Assembly: GCA_052034975.1 (NCBI GenBank)
Contig: JBPOIA010000001.1
Coordinates: 1-63,571 of the forward strand
Direction: 5' to 3'
DNA from: Candidatus Moraniibacteriota bacterium
GTDB lineage: Bacteria; Patescibacteriota; Minisyncoccia; Moranbacterales; UBA1568
Length of the DNA stretch: 63,571 nt
Shown here one piece after another: positions 25,926 to 37,410 of this stretch (the first letter of the stretch is position 1; the number at the start of each line of letters is the position of its first letter). The notes under the pieces were generated by a model. The model was not told where the DNA came from. It made no database searches and saw only the letters and a program-made list of their open reading frames with translations. A program made the position numbers and the translations under genes.

Positions 25926-26228
25926 TCAATCGTCGTCGCGGTCGTTCCCTGCGAGACGCTTGAAATCCGTTTTCTGGAGAGGAGGGGGTGCCGGTTTTTT
26001 CCGACAGGCTTGACTAACCGCTTCCCGGCCGATCTTCTTTTTGACTTTCTCCATCACTGCCTGGAAGTGGTAATTATATTGGTAGGCATTCTGGTGGTGC
26101 CAGATGCCTCTCCGGTGAGCAACATCCTTGAAAGCCGTCCGAAAATCCAGTCCGCGATCTCGGATGAGGATTGCGACCTCATCGGCCATCTGACGGAGAT
26201 GACCGGTATCGGTGGTGGCAGTAGCCAT
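25926..26228 (-). CDS. hypothetical small protein (100 aa)
   Basis: Strong RBS (ggaggagaaaga) directly upstream of the ATG, and its own terminator. No domain recognised. Confidence 0.55.
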   Translation of the reverse strand: MATATTDTGHLRQMADEVAILIRDRGLDFRTAFKDVAHRRGIWHHQNAYQYNYHFQAVMEKVKKKIGREAVSQACRKKPAPPPLQKTDFKRLAGNDRDDD

Positions 26229-26345
26229 TCTTTCTCCTCCTTCTCAAAAAATTGTGAAATAACCTTATTAACTTATATTATACACCTAAATAGCAAAAAA
26301 GTCAATATTGCCGGGCGGAGAACCGCGTGCTTGAATGGGGATGTT

Positions 26346-27650
26346 ATGGCGAAACTGTGGGGAAAAACCGTCGCGCTTGCGGATCTGAAAAAGCTGCCGG
26401 AAACACCGGGAGTGTACTTTTTCTTGGGTGCTCGGAAAAAGATTCTCTATATTGGCAAAGCCACTGTGCTCCGCGACCGGGTGCGGAGTTATTTCGCGCG
26501 CGATATCGCTGAAACGCGCGGCCCGAAAATCGTGCGGATGCTCGAACAAGCGCGCCGTATCGGATATCAGTCGACCGAGTCGGTGCTCGAAGCGCTTATT
26601 CTGGAAACCAATCTCATCAAGGCGCACCAACCGCCGTACAATACCGATGCCAAAGATGACAAGAGTTACAATTATGTGATGATAACGCACGAGCGATACC
26701 CGAGAGTACTGATGGCGAGGGGACGCGATCTTTTTTCAGAAAATCCGAAGTCAGAAATCAGAAATCCAAAATCAAAATACGTGTTCGGGCCGTTTCCGCA
26801 CGGGATGCAGCTCCGTGAAGCGATGAAGATTATCCGGAAGCTCTTCCCGTATCGTGACAAGTGTGCGCCGGGAGAGAGCGAACAAAAAGCGGCGAACAGT
26901 CAACAAAAAGGAAAAATTCTTTCCGGAGCGTGTTTCAATAGACAGATAGGACTTTGTCCCGGAGTGTGCACGGGAGAGATTTCGGTGCGCGAGTATGCGC
27001 GGACCATCAACCACATACGTCTTTTTTTCGAAGGCAAAAAGGGAATACTCATACGGCGCCTCGAACGGGAGATGAATATGGCGGCGCGTGCGTTTGAATT
27101 CGAGCGGGCGGGAGAGATAAAGAAAACATTGTTTGGACTCCGTCATATCCAGGATATAGCGCTCATCAAGGACGAGGTGCGGACGGCGGCCGGAAATCGG
27201 CAGTCGCTCCGGATCGAGGCGTACGATGTGGCGCATCTGTCCGGACAGGCGGATGTTGGCGTGATGACAGTTGTTACGAACGGCCGGGCGGACAAGGATG
27301 CGTACCGGATGTTCCGCTTGCGCGGGAAGCACGGCGGCAACGACCTTTCTGCTTTGGAAGAAATATTAAAGCGACGTTTGCATCATTCAGAATGGGGCGT
27401 GCCCGATATCGTGGTAACTGACGGAGCGCTGCTTCAGCTCGGTGTAGCGGAAAAAATGTTTTCTGATGTTGAGGTGAAACCGCTCTTGGTCGGCGTGGTG
27501 AAGGACGCGCGACACCGGCCGAAAGATATCCTCAATCTGCCGGTCGGATTCGCGGGTATACGGAACGATATTCTTCTTGCGAACGCCGAAGCGCATCGTT
27601 TCGCTTTGGAGTACCATAAGCGGCGCCGGAAGAAGGAGTTTCTGGGGTGA
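26346..27650 (+). CDS. uvrC: excinuclease ABC subunit C, short form without the C-terminal (HhH)2 domain
   Basis: GIY-YIG ([30 protein letters not shown]), UVR motif ([19 protein letters not shown]) and the Endo V-like domain ([11 protein letters not shown]). It ends right after [17 protein letters not shown], giving 434 aa. Confidence 0.9.
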   Translation: MAKLWGKTVALADLKKLPETPGVYFFLGARKKILYIGKATVLRDRVRSYFARDIAETRGPKIVRMLEQARRIGYQSTESVLEALILETNLIKAHQPPYNTDAKDDKSYNYVMITHERYPRVLMARGRDLFSENPKSEIRNPKSKYVFGPFPHGMQLREAMKIIRKLFPYRDKCAPGESEQKAANSQQKGKILSGACFNRQIGLCPGVCTGEISVREYARTINHIRLFFEGKKGILIRRLEREMNMAARAFEFERAGEIKKTLFGLRHIQDIALIKDEVRTAAGNRQSLRIEAYDVAHLSGQADVGVMTVVTNGRADKDAYRMFRLRGKHGGNDLSALEEILKRRLHHSEWGVPDIVVTDGALLQLGVAEKMFSDVEVKPLLVGVVKDARHRPKDILNLPVGFAGIRNDILLANAEAHRFALEYHKRRRKKEFLG

Positions 27651-27753
27651 GCGTGGACTGGTAAGAGGGGGGGATGTCGGGATTTTGAGGCGACGCTTTA
27701 CACCGTGCGGAAAACCGAGTATACTGGAAGACGATTGTATCTTTTTTCCGGAT

Positions 27754-30552
27754 ATGCCAGGAAAGAAACCGGTGATCGAAGTGCGCGGCGCGCGCGTCAA
27801 TAATCTGAAAGACGTGGATGTCGATATTCCACGCGATGCGCTCGTGGTAGTGACTGGCCTGTCTGGATCGGGCAAATCCTCCTTGGCGTTCGATACTCTT
27901 TTTGCGGAAGCGAATCGGCGGTATGTCGAATCGCTTTCTTCGTATGCGCGCAATTTTCTTGATGGATTCGAGAAGCCGGACGTCGACGCGATCCATAATC
28001 TCTCTCCGGCCATCTCGATCGATCAAAAGAGCGTGTCGCGGAGCCCACGGTCGACCGTGGGGACGATGACGGAAGTGTACGATTATCTGCGCGTCCTCTA
28101 TGCCAAAGAAGGTATTCCGCATTGTCCGTCGTGCGGCCAAAAGCTCTCGCGTAAGAGTGTGCGGGAAATCCTCGACGAAATCCTCCTCTTGCCGAATGAG
28201 ACGCCGCTTATGTTCTTGGCCGAAAGTCCCTCGTTTGCCGGAAAGACCGAACAGGAAATTCTCGCTCTCGTGAATGCGTGGGGATATGCAAGGGTCTTTT
28301 TCCGGGGCGGTATCGTGCCGATCACGGAAGCGTCGACGCAGGCATCGACTACGGATCATTCCGATATCGCGGTCGTGGTCGATCGGCTGGTCTTGAATAC
28401 TGAACGGCCGGATAAGGAACGTGTCCTCGATTCGCTCCAGACGGCGTTTCGTGTGGGTCAGGGAAAGCTTCGGTTGCGTATAAACGGCAGCGGTGAAGAG
28501 CGCTCGTACAACGAGGAGTATCAGTGTGAGACGTGCGGAGTGCATTTACCGGAATTCTCACCAAGTCATTTTTCTTTCAATAATCCCGATGGCGCGTGTG
28601 AGAAATGCTCGGGTCTTGGTGTGACACTCGAATTCGATCCGGATCTCGTGGTGCCGAACAAGAGCCTTTCCATCACCGAAGGCGCCATTCGTCCGTGGAG
28701 CAAGATGAACAGTGACCGGAGCGTGGGTCAGGGACCGATGCAGATGCTGCGCGATGCGGCCAAGCGACTGAGATTTTCGCTCGATGTCCCGATCAAAAAA
28801 CTTTCCGCCAAACATCTCGATATGCTCCTGTTTGGAGAATCATCAGACGGAGAGAATGCGTTTCCCGGTGTTATCCGGCTTCTTGAGCACAAATATCACG
28901 AAACGCGTTCGGAACATCTGCGCGCCGAGATCGAAGCTTATATGCTTACAAAGCTCTGCCCTTTATGTACGGGAAAGCGTCTCCGACCGGCCTCGCTTTC
29001 GGTGCTTGTGGACGGCCGATCGATCGACGATATGGTCCGTTTGTCCGTGGAAAAATTTTTGGAGGCTCTCCAACCACTTCGTGAGAAACTCCTTAGAACG
29101 AGCGAGAAAGAACTCATCGACCCGCTTTTTCAGGAAATGGAAATGCGTCTTTCGTCGGTGGAAAAAGTCGGACTTGGATATTTGGAACTCTCGCGAAGTG
29201 CCGATACGCTTTCTGGCGGCGAGGCGCAGCGTGTGCGACTGTCGGTCCAGATGAAATCAGGGTTATCCGGAATCATCTACGTGCTCGACGAGCCGTCGGT
29301 AGGGCTCCACAGCCGCGACACGGAACGGCTGATTCGGGCGCTCGAAGAATTGCGTGGCGCGAACAACTCGCTCGTCGTCGTAGAGCACGATGTTGCCATT
29401 ATGCGGCGGGCGGACTACATCATCGATATGGGTCCGGGCGCCGGAAGCGAGGGCGGTGAAGTGATCTTCGCCGGTACGCCGGAAAAGTTGATGCGTTCGA
29501 AGCTTCTGACCGGTCAATACCTCTTTGGTAAGCGGTGTGTGTCCGAAAAGAAGAATGCTCGCAAAGTAAGTGGGGAAACATTGACCATTTTCGGAGCGTC
29601 CGAGCACAATCTGAAGAATATCGATGTCAAGATTCCGCTCGGGATGCTGGTATCCGTGTCCGGTGTCTCCGGTTCTGGCAAGTCAAGCCTTGTGCGCGAT
29701 ATTTTGGCGCGAGCGCTTTCCAAATATTTCTTCCACGCCAAGACCGAGCCGGGAAAACACAAGAAGATCGAAGGATTGTCGAACATCGACAAGGTGATCT
29801 CGGTCAATCAGGATCCGATCGGACGTACGCCGCGCTCGAATGCCGCGACGTACACGGGTGTGTTCAGCTTGATCCGCGATCTCTTTGCGGAGACACCCGG
29901 TGCGGAGCGTGAGAAATATTCCGCGAGCCATTTCAGCTTCAATATGCGCGGCGGTCGGTGCGAGGCCTGCCAGGGAGGCGGTCTTAAGAAGATCGAGATG
30001 TACCTTTTGCCGGATGTCTATGTGCCGTGCGAGATTTGTCACGGGACACGGTATAACAGCAAGACACTTTCCATCGATTACCGCGGAATGAATATTGCAG
30101 ATATCCTCCGGATGACGGTGACGGAGGCACGCCGGTTTTTTCTCGACCAGCCGATGATCGAGGAGAAATTACGCGTTTTGGAAGAGGTTGGACTCGGATA
30201 TCTGGTGCTCGGGCAGAGCGCGACCAATCTTTCTGGCGGCGAAGCACAGCGTATCAAACTGGCGACTGAATTGGCCCGGAAGTCGACCGGAAAGACTCTC
30301 TATATCCTGGATGAGCCGACGATTGGACTCCATTTCGAAGATGTCAGGCGGCTTCTCGAAGTGCTCGAAGCTTTGGTCGATAAAGGCAATACCGTCTTGG
30401 TCGTGGAGCACAATATCGATGTCATCGCGGCTTCGGATTTTGTGATCGAACTCGGACCGGACGGCGGTGAGAGGGGTGGCGAGCTGGTGTTTGCGGGTCC
30501 GCCGAGCAAGCTGAAAACGTGCAAGAAAAGCTTTACGGCGAAATATCTTTGA
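27754..30552 (+). CDS. uvrA: excinuclease ABC subunit A (canonical architecture)
   Basis: 932 aa from the internal ATG. Both ABC modules, Zn modules CPSCG/CETCG and [13 protein letters not shown], with a full insertion domain between the latter pair. Confidence 0.96.
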   Translation: MPGKKPVIEVRGARVNNLKDVDVDIPRDALVVVTGLSGSGKSSLAFDTLFAEANRRYVESLSSYARNFLDGFEKPDVDAIHNLSPAISIDQKSVSRSPRSTVGTMTEVYDYLRVLYAKEGIPHCPSCGQKLSRKSVREILDEILLLPNETPLMFLAESPSFAGKTEQEILALVNAWGYARVFFRGGIVPITEASTQASTTDHSDIAVVVDRLVLNTERPDKERVLDSLQTAFRVGQGKLRLRINGSGEERSYNEEYQCETCGVHLPEFSPSHFSFNNPDGACEKCSGLGVTLEFDPDLVVPNKSLSITEGAIRPWSKMNSDRSVGQGPMQMLRDAAKRLRFSLDVPIKKLSAKHLDMLLFGESSDGENAFPGVIRLLEHKYHETRSEHLRAEIEAYMLTKLCPLCTGKRLRPASLSVLVDGRSIDDMVRLSVEKFLEALQPLREKLLRTSEKELIDPLFQEMEMRLSSVEKVGLGYLELSRSADTLSGGEAQRVRLSVQMKSGLSGIIYVLDEPSVGLHSRDTERLIRALEELRGANNSLVVVEHDVAIMRRADYIIDMGPGAGSEGGEVIFAGTPEKLMRSKLLTGQYLFGKRCVSEKKNARKVSGETLTIFGASEHNLKNIDVKIPLGMLVSVSGVSGSGKSSLVRDILARALSKYFFHAKTEPGKHKKIEGLSNIDKVISVNQDPIGRTPRSNAATYTGVFSLIRDLFAETPGAEREKYSASHFSFNMRGGRCEACQGGGLKKIEMYLLPDVYVPCEICHGTRYNSKTLSIDYRGMNIADILRMTVTEARRFFLDQPMIEEKLRVLEEVGLGYLVLGQSATNLSGGEAQRIKLATELARKSTGKTLYILDEPTIGLHFEDVRRLLEVLEALVDKGNTVLVVEHNIDVIAASDFVIELGPDGGERGGELVFAGPPSKLKTCKKSFTAKYL

Positions 30553-30615
30553 AAGATGAAAAATCAAAAATAAAAAGATGAAAAATTTTTTGATATTTCA
30601 TTTTTAATATATCGC

Positions 30616-31533
30616 ATGTCCTACCAGCTTTCCAAGAACATTCTTGCTACCATCACATACTACGACGTGCTGCGAATGCCGCTCACGGCGTTTGAGGTGT
30701 GGCGACATCTGATTGTTCCGGACGGCGAAGAGGGTGTTTCGCCGGCGAAATTTGGCGACGTGCGACGCGCACTCTGTTCGGATACGCTCACCCAAAAGAT
30801 CAGGACCAAAGACGGAATGTATTTCCTGTCTGGCCAAGAAGCACTTCTTGCCGAACGTATCAATGCGGAAAAGAGATCGGCCCGGAAACTTCGTCGTCTC
30901 AGACGGTTGGCGTATGTCCTTTCCGCTGTGCCCTATGTACGGATGATTGGTGCGACGGGGAGCTTGTCGATGAAGCACAGTTCGGCGAAAAGTGATTGGG
31001 ATGTGTTCGTTATCCTGCGGTCGGGAAAGATTTGGATCGGACGAACGCTTTTGACCGGATTCCTGCACCTTCTTGGCAAACGGCGCCACGGGAAGAAGAT
31101 ACGCGACCGCGTCTGTCTCAATTATTTTATCACCGACGATGCTTTGGAAATCGGTACGAAAGATCTGTTTTCCTCGCATGAATACCGTTTCTTGATCCCG
31201 CTTTTCAATTTTCGTCTGTTTCAGATATTCGAAATCAAGAACCGTTGGATGCGGCGATTCCGCCCGAATTTTTCGCTCACCACCATCCCGAGCTTGTGGA
31301 CGGTTCCGGAGAGCGCTCCCGTACAGAATATCCGGCGAAGTATGGAACGAATTCTCGATTTTTTCCATTTGGAACGATGGCTCTCGTCGTGGCAGAAAGC
31401 GAAGATAGCGAGAAACGAGAAGACACATTTGAGCGGAAGCTTGATCGAAACGACCGACCGAACGCTTATTTTTCTGCCTGCGCCGCGTGGGCCGAAGATC
31501 TTTCAGAAATTCAAGGAACGCCTCGGCGTATAA
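30616..31533 (+). CDS. hypothetical protein with a Pol-beta-type nucleotidyltransferase-like motif
   Basis: GATGSLSMKHSSAKSDWDVFVI (GS...DxD). Otherwise unrecognised. Confidence 0.55.
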   Translation: MSYQLSKNILATITYYDVLRMPLTAFEVWRHLIVPDGEEGVSPAKFGDVRRALCSDTLTQKIRTKDGMYFLSGQEALLAERINAEKRSARKLRRLRRLAYVLSAVPYVRMIGATGSLSMKHSSAKSDWDVFVILRSGKIWIGRTLLTGFLHLLGKRRHGKKIRDRVCLNYFITDDALEIGTKDLFSSHEYRFLIPLFNFRLFQIFEIKNRWMRRFRPNFSLTTIPSLWTVPESAPVQNIRRSMERILDFFHLERWLSSWQKAKIARNEKTHLSGSLIETTDRTLIFLPAPRGPKIFQKFKERLGV

Positions 31534-31599
31534 GCTTCTTTTTCGAGGGGAATCTGTGGTATACTGACACCACAAACACAAACCCAAAAAAATCGGGGT

Positions 31600-32820
31600 A
31601 TGTCGAAATTTTTGTATACTGCCAAAAATATCGCGAGCGGTGAAACGTCCGGTGGCGAGATAGAGGCCAAAGACGAAAAAGCGCTGGCACAGGAATTGCG
31701 GGCCCGCGGGCTTTTGTTGACGTCGGCCAAAGAAACGGAAGTGAGCACCGCGCTCCATATCAAGTTTTTCGATCGTTTCAAGACGGTGCCACTCAAGGAA
31801 AAGATGGTCTTTACGCGCAATCTGTCCGTGATGGTATCATCCGGACTCACCATATCGCGTGCCGTGCATAATTTGAGTGTCCAGACGCGCAATCAGACGT
31901 TCAAGACCATCCTCGAGAACGTCTTTGATGATTTGCAGGGCGGAAAGACGCTTTCCGAAGGCTTGGCGAAATATCCAAACGTGTTCAGCGAGCTCTTTAC
32001 CAATATGGTATATGTCGGGGAAGTCTCTGGAAACCTCGAAGAGGTGCTCGACATCCTGGCACTTCAATTGGAAAAGGAGAATGACCTACTTTCCAAGGTT
32101 CGTGGCGCGCTCATTTATCCGGCGGTTATCGTTGTCGCGATGATTGCGATCGGTATCCTTATGCTCGTCTATATCTTGCCGAAGATCACGGGCGTTTTTC
32201 AGGATATGAACGTCGAGCTGCCGGCGACGACGCAGGCGATTATCGCGCTGAGCGATTTTCTCCGGGAACATGCGTTTTTGAGCGCTAGCGCTGTCATTGT
32301 TTCCGTGATTGGCATCAGGATGTTCGCCAAGACGGCGCCGGGCAAGCGATTTTTTGGTTTTCTGTTCGTGCGGATGCCGATTATTGGCAATATCGTCATC
32401 AAGGTGAATTGCGCGCGTTTCGCCCGTATTTACAGCTCGCTTTTGAAGAGCGGTATCACGGTCGTGAGCGGTCTTACGATCGTGAGCAAAACGCTCGGGA
32501 ACGTCTATTATAAGGATGCGCTCAATGAGGCGATCGCCGAAATTCAGAAGGGTGTCGAGCTTTCGAAAATCATTTCCAAGTATCCAAGCATCTTCCCGAT
32601 CTTGCTCACGCAGATCCTCGAGGTGGGCGAGGAAACCGGCAAGACTGAGACCGTGCTTCAGCGGTTGGCAGAATTCTACGAGGAGGAAGTCTCGCAGATC
32701 ACGAAGAATATGTCTTCGATCATCGAGCCGATCCTGATGCTCCTTATCGGCGGTTCAGTAGGATTTTTTGCGGTGGCGATGTTACAGCCGATGTATAGCG
32801 TATTGGAAAACATAAAATGA
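31600..32820 (+). CDS. pilC: type IV pilus / type II secretion platform protein (GspF/PilC family)
   Basis: 406 aa with two GspF-type repeats (FTRNLSVMVSSGLTISRAV; FARIYSSLLKSGITVVSGL) and three TM segments. Confidence 0.92.
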   Translation: MSKFLYTAKNIASGETSGGEIEAKDEKALAQELRARGLLLTSAKETEVSTALHIKFFDRFKTVPLKEKMVFTRNLSVMVSSGLTISRAVHNLSVQTRNQTFKTILENVFDDLQGGKTLSEGLAKYPNVFSELFTNMVYVGEVSGNLEEVLDILALQLEKENDLLSKVRGALIYPAVIVVAMIAIGILMLVYILPKITGVFQDMNVELPATTQAIIALSDFLREHAFLSASAVIVSVIGIRMFAKTAPGKRFFGFLFVRMPIIGNIVIKVNCARFARIYSSLLKSGITVVSGLTIVSKTLGNVYYKDALNEAIAEIQKGVELSKIISKYPSIFPILLTQILEVGEETGKTETVLQRLAEFYEEEVSQITKNMSSIIEPILMLLIGGSVGFFAVAMLQPMYSVLENIK

Positions 32821-34196
32821 CGCGGTTTCGTATGGAGGGAACGAACAGAAAATCTTGTTTCAGGAAAGGGTTCACACTCATTGAGGCGATGGTCTTTCTC
32901 TTTCTGTTCGCCGTGGTTTCGGTCGTATTTTTGGAGACATATGCCGTCGGGACCCGAATGATCATCGAGTCGAAGAATCGCCTCGGCGCAACGGCGCTTG
33001 CCAACCAAAAGATGGAAATCATCCGGAGCATCGATTACGATGGCATCGGTACGACGACCGGTATCCCGTCCGGAGACATCATCGAAAATGAGACGATCAG
33101 TGTGAATACAGTACGGTACAACGTGCATACGTTCGTGCAGTACGTGGACGACGCGTACGACGGGACGTCGGGCGGCAGTCCGAACGATACGGTACCGAAC
33201 GACTATAAGCGCGTGAAGTTGACGGTATCCTGGGGTGTCGGCGGGACGGACCAAACGGTGTCGCTTTTCAGTAACATCTCTCCGAACGGTGTGGAAACAT
33301 CGGCTGGCGGTGGCGTGCTTTCGATCAACGTTTTGGATTCCACTGGAGCCGGCGTTCCGAGCGCGACGGTGCATATCGTGAATAGTGCGGAAGGAGTGGA
33401 TATCACCGCGCAGACCGATGCCACCGGAAACATCCTTTTGCCGGGCGCGCCGGTCGGGACGCAGAATTACGAATTGACGGTTTCGAAGAGTGGATATTAC
33501 GGTGTGCAGACGTATCCGCCGTATCCGACATCCGCGTACACCCCGACCAATGTGCACGCATCCGTGGCGCCCGGTGTCCTGAATCAGAAATCGATCGTGA
33601 CAGACCAGTATGTGAATCTCGCCATCCGTTCCGAGGATCCGTTCGGCACCGATATTCCGAACGTCGATTTTTCTCTTTCCGGCGGATACGTACTCGGGAC
33701 GGATGTCACACTTGGAACGCCGGTGTATTCGTATGTTCAGAGTCTAACGACCGACGCATCCGGTGAAGAGAGCGTCTCGGATCAAAGCTATGGTCAATAC
33801 ACGTTTTCGGAATCCGAAGCGGATTACGAATTATACAAGCTTGATCCCGAAGGAACGACAAGTGATATTCTCGATGCGGCGGCCGGACAGAGCATCACGG
33901 TGAAGATGATCCTGCTTGATAAGACGATCGGATCGGTCAAATTCGCGGTGACGAATAGCACGGATAGTAGTCCCGTATCCAGCGCGAGTGTACACCTGAC
34001 GAATGTGACGCTCGGGTATGATGTGACACGCACGACGGACCAGTACGGTTTCGTGTATTTTCCGGAAGCGCTTCCGGAGCTTTCTGCTGGCACATATGAT
34101 TATGAAGTGAGCGCCACAGGATTCCAAAACGATACCGGTTCCGTGAACGTGAACGGGGCGCTGGAAACAGAGGCGGTCGGGCTGATTCCTAATTGA
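32817..34196 (+). CDS. large pseudopilin with prepilin-type N-terminus and three CarboxypepD_reg-like beta-sandwich repeats
   Basis: KGFTLIEAMVFLFLFAVV class III signal. Repeated modules such as SINVLDSTGAGVPSATVHIVN...TDATGNILLPG...YELTVSKSGY. ATGA overlap with pilC. Confidence 0.8.
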   Translation: MTRFRMEGTNRKSCFRKGFTLIEAMVFLFLFAVVSVVFLETYAVGTRMIIESKNRLGATALANQKMEIIRSIDYDGIGTTTGIPSGDIIENETISVNTVRYNVHTFVQYVDDAYDGTSGGSPNDTVPNDYKRVKLTVSWGVGGTDQTVSLFSNISPNGVETSAGGGVLSINVLDSTGAGVPSATVHIVNSAEGVDITAQTDATGNILLPGAPVGTQNYELTVSKSGYYGVQTYPPYPTSAYTPTNVHASVAPGVLNQKSIVTDQYVNLAIRSEDPFGTDIPNVDFSLSGGYVLGTDVTLGTPVYSYVQSLTTDASGEESVSDQSYGQYTFSESEADYELYKLDPEGTTSDILDAAAGQSITVKMILLDKTIGSVKFAVTNSTDSSPVSSASVHLTNVTLGYDVTRTTDQYGFVYFPEALPELSAGTYDYEVSATGFQNDTGSVNVNGALETEAVGLIPN

Positions 34197-34837
34197 TGCC
34201 TTCTCGTATGCTTCGAACGACAGCAAAAGCGATGACGCTGATGGAGCTGATGATTGCGATCGCCGTTCTCTTGATCGGAATGGAAGGGTTCACGCTGCTG
34301 TTTTTTCGGAGCTGGGATACCAACAAGTTCATCCTGGAAGAAGGTTTGGCATCGGCCGCCGCGTCGCGGGCGACCAATAAGATTATCAGCGAATTGCGGC
34401 AGGCGCAGCAAGCGGACAATGGTGATTTTCCGGTCGAAGCAGCGGATGATTTCGATCTCAAAGTGTACGCCGATATCGATGACGATGGTGTCGTCGAACG
34501 TGTGCATTATTATCTCGATCAGGACGCGGACCAGCTCCTGATGGGTGTCACGAATCCGGTCGGTACGATGCCGATCTCGTATCCGGCCTCAGACGATACC
34601 GTAACGATACTCGCGAATTATGTTGTGAACGAATCGTCGGATCCGACATTCTATTATTACAATGAAAATTACCCGGGGGATACGGTGAATAATCCACTCT
34701 CGACGCCATCGAGTGTTGGCTCGGTCCGGCTGGTCCGTGTCCATCTCTTGGTGAATATCGATCCAGTGCACGCACCGAACAACATCAATATCGAATCGTT
34801 CGCCGATTTGCGTAACCTGAACTATTATGACGAATAG
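34196..34837 (+). CDS. pseudopilin (prepilin-type N-terminal domain)
   Basis: AKAMTLMELMIAIAVLLIG N-terminus. Its ATG overlaps the upstream TGA by 1 nt. Confidence 0.7.
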   Translation: MPSRMLRTTAKAMTLMELMIAIAVLLIGMEGFTLLFFRSWDTNKFILEEGLASAAASRATNKIISELRQAQQADNGDFPVEAADDFDLKVYADIDDDGVVERVHYYLDQDADQLLMGVTNPVGTMPISYPASDDTVTILANYVVNESSDPTFYYYNENYPGDTVNNPLSTPSSVGSVRLVRVHLLVNIDPVHAPNNINIESFADLRNLNYYDE

Positions 34838-36266
34838 AAAATATTTTCAAGCGAGAGGTTCTATCATCGCCTACGGACTTGTTATTATGGCGGCGGTTTC
34901 CATCATCCTGACGGCGATCATTGGGTTTGTCGTATCGCAGACCAAATATGCGTTGCAGGTGCATTCCCGTGAACAGGCGCTCCAGATCGCCGAAGCCGGT
35001 ATCCATTTCTATCGCTGGTATTTGGCGCATAACGTCGATGGTAAAACCGCTTCACAGATCAACGATTTTTGGACGAACGGCAATCCGTACGGTGTGGCGA
35101 CTCCGTATGAGGCAGAATACGAGGATCCATACGGCGCGGGTGTCGGTCGCTACCGGCTCGAAGTGACGCCACCACCGACCGGTTCGACGATCGTTATCGT
35201 GCGATCGGTAGGCTGGGAATACAAGAATCCAACGCTCACGCGGACGCTCGAAGTGCGCTTCCGTAAGCCGTCGTGGAGCGAGAACATCGTGCTCTCGAAC
35301 GACTTCAACCGTTTCGGTGCAGGCACGGAGACGTATGGGAAAATCCATTCCAATTACGGCATCCGTTTCGACGGCGTGGCACATAATATCGTGACAAGTG
35401 CCGTCTCGACCTATAACGATCCCGATCATACCGGCGCGAGCGAGTTCGGCGTGCACACACACGTGAACGCGCCGCCAGGAGTAGGTGTGAACAATTCATT
35501 CCGTGCCGCCGAAGCACCACCGAATACCGTGCCTGATCGCTCGGACGTGTTCGAGGGCGGCCGGCAGTTTCCGGTCGCTGCGACGGATTTCAACGGCGTG
35601 CTTGGAGACTTGAACTATATGAAGAGTGAAGCCGTGGCTGGGACGAACGGGAGTCTCTATTTTGATAATGCTCATCAGGGGCGACACATCATTCTGCGGA
35701 CGGACGGGACATTTCGAATCCGAACAGTGCAGAGCTTCAATGCTTCCACGAACGATATCATCAATTACAGCGGAAGCTGGGCGACGCATACGATTCCGAA
35801 CGAAGGAGTAATCTATGTGGAGAACAATATCTGGCTCGAAGGCGCGATTGATGGCAAGCGTGTGACGATCGTCGCCGCGAACGTGATCTCAGCGTCGCAG
35901 AAGACGATGCATATCGCCAAGGATATCCGCTATACGAGCTATGATTGTACCGATATTTTGGGTATCATCGGACAGAAAGATGTCGAGATCCCGCGGAGCA
36001 GCGAGGACGATTTGTATATCGACGGTGCGCTTTTGGCTCAGACGGGACGTGTGGGTCGGGCGCACTATACCGGCAGCGGATCGGTGCGCGATACGATCAC
36101 GGTCAATGGCGCGATCGCGAGCAATCAGCGGTACGGGTTTGCGTGGACGGACGGCACGGGATATCAGACGCGCAACCTCTACTACGACAATAATCTTCTC
36201 TATTGTCCGCCGCCGTATTTTCCGGTCGGAACGGAATACGAGATGGATCTGTGGGAGGAGAAATAG
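34827..36266 (+). CDS. N-terminally anchored pilus-associated protein (PilX-like position), 479 aa
   Basis: N-terminal hydrophobic helix (IIAYGLVIMAAVSIILTAIIGFV) and position within the pilus operon. No domain recognised. Confidence 0.5.
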   Translation: MTNRKYFQARGSIIAYGLVIMAAVSIILTAIIGFVVSQTKYALQVHSREQALQIAEAGIHFYRWYLAHNVDGKTASQINDFWTNGNPYGVATPYEAEYEDPYGAGVGRYRLEVTPPPTGSTIVIVRSVGWEYKNPTLTRTLEVRFRKPSWSENIVLSNDFNRFGAGTETYGKIHSNYGIRFDGVAHNIVTSAVSTYNDPDHTGASEFGVHTHVNAPPGVGVNNSFRAAEAPPNTVPDRSDVFEGGRQFPVAATDFNGVLGDLNYMKSEAVAGTNGSLYFDNAHQGRHIILRTDGTFRIRTVQSFNASTNDIINYSGSWATHTIPNEGVIYVENNIWLEGAIDGKRVTIVAANVISASQKTMHIAKDIRYTSYDCTDILGIIGQKDVEIPRSSEDDLYIDGALLAQTGRVGRAHYTGSGSVRDTITVNGAIASNQRYGFAWTDGTGYQTRNLYYDNNLLYCPPPYFPVGTEYEMDLWEEK

Positions 36267-36315
36267 AGTCAGGGCGTGATATGATGAAAAGGAAAGAAAC
36301 ATAAAGAAAAAGAAA

Positions 36316-37410
36316 ATGGGCCTGTTGCAGAAGAAAATATTCGATTTGTTTCCCAGTTCGTTCGGATTGGATCTCTCCGATCTCTCGATCAAAGCGCTTT
36401 GGCTTGATCGGACCGGTAAAGAAGATTCCATCGCGAGTTTCGGTTCGGTGGCGCTGCCAACTGGGAGTGTTATCGATGGGGAAATTATGAATCCGTCCGT
36501 CGTGCAGAATGCCGTCGCGGAACTTTTGAAGAAGTCCGGGCCGAAACGGATCAAGACGCGCAAAGTCATCTGCTCGCTTCCGGAGACCAAGGCGTTTTTG
36601 CGTATCGTTTCGCTGCCGAAAATGAAGGAAGACGAGGTCAAAGAGGCGATCAAATGGGAGATCGAGGCCAATATCCCGCTCACGCTCGATCAGGTGTATT
36701 ACGATTGGGAGATTCTCGATCTCAATCTGACACAGGAAAAAGGGAAGATGAGTGTGCTTGTTGTGGCGGTGGCGCGGAGCGTGGTGGACCAGTTCCAGAC
36801 GGTACTGTCCGGTGCCGGACTCGAAGTGGTGGGACTGGAAACGGAATCCATCGCACAGGCACGGAGCTTACTTCCGGAAAAGAATGAGAAGAATACGACG
36901 CTTATCGTGGATATCGGCGACCGACGGACGAGCTTTCTGATCGCTATCGGCAGCACGCCGTGTTTTACGTCGAGCGTGCCACTCTCTTCGCAGATGATTA
37001 CGGACGCGATTTCCAAGTCGATGCATCTTTCGTTCGATGAAGCCGAACAGGTGAAGATCAAGCACGGGTTAGGATCACTTGCGCTCAAGAGTCCGGTACT
37101 GAAAGCTGCGCAGCCGGTGCTTGAGAATATGGCAGTGGAAATCGAGAAATCCATCGATTTCTATCTGACGAACCTCAAATATTCCGAAACGATCGACTCG
37201 ATTATCCTGTGCGGCGGCGGATCGAATATGCATGGCCTCTTGCCGTATATGTCGCGCCGGCTCGGGCGGACGGTCGAGTCGGGGAATCCCTGGGTGAACG
37301 TGAATCTGGGAAAAAAGCTGCCGCTCATCGATCGGAGGCATTCGGTGCAGTATTCAACCGCTATCGGACTCGCATTACGCGGACTTGACGAATATGAAGA
37401 CTTTGCTTAA
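36316..37410 (+). CDS. pilM: type IV pilus assembly protein PilM (actin-like ATPase fold)
   Basis: FGLDLSDLSIKALWL N-terminus, IVDIGDRRTSF, and ILCGGGSNMHGL. Confidence 0.88.
   Translation: MGLLQKKIFDLFPSSFGLDLSDLSIKALWLDRTGKEDSIASFGSVALPTGSVIDGEIMNPSVVQNAVAELLKKSGPKRIKTRKVICSLPETKAFLRIVSLPKMKEDEVKEAIKWEIEANIPLTLDQVYYDWEILDLNLTQEKGKMSVLVVAVARSVVDQFQTVLSGAGLEVVGLETESIAQARSLLPEKNEKNTTLIVDIGDRRTSFLIAIGSTPCFTSSVPLSSQMITDAISKSMHLSFDEAEQVKIKHGLGSLALKSPVLKAAQPVLENMAVEIEKSIDFYLTNLKYSETIDSIILCGGGSNMHGLLPYMSRRLGRTVESGNPWVNVNLGKKLPLIDRRHSVQYSTAIGLALRGLDEYEDFA

Noticed and set aside
13497-30552. The two uvrA genes as an assembly duplication
   Set aside because: The two copies differ throughout at the protein and nucleotide level and in domain content, so they are true paralogues.
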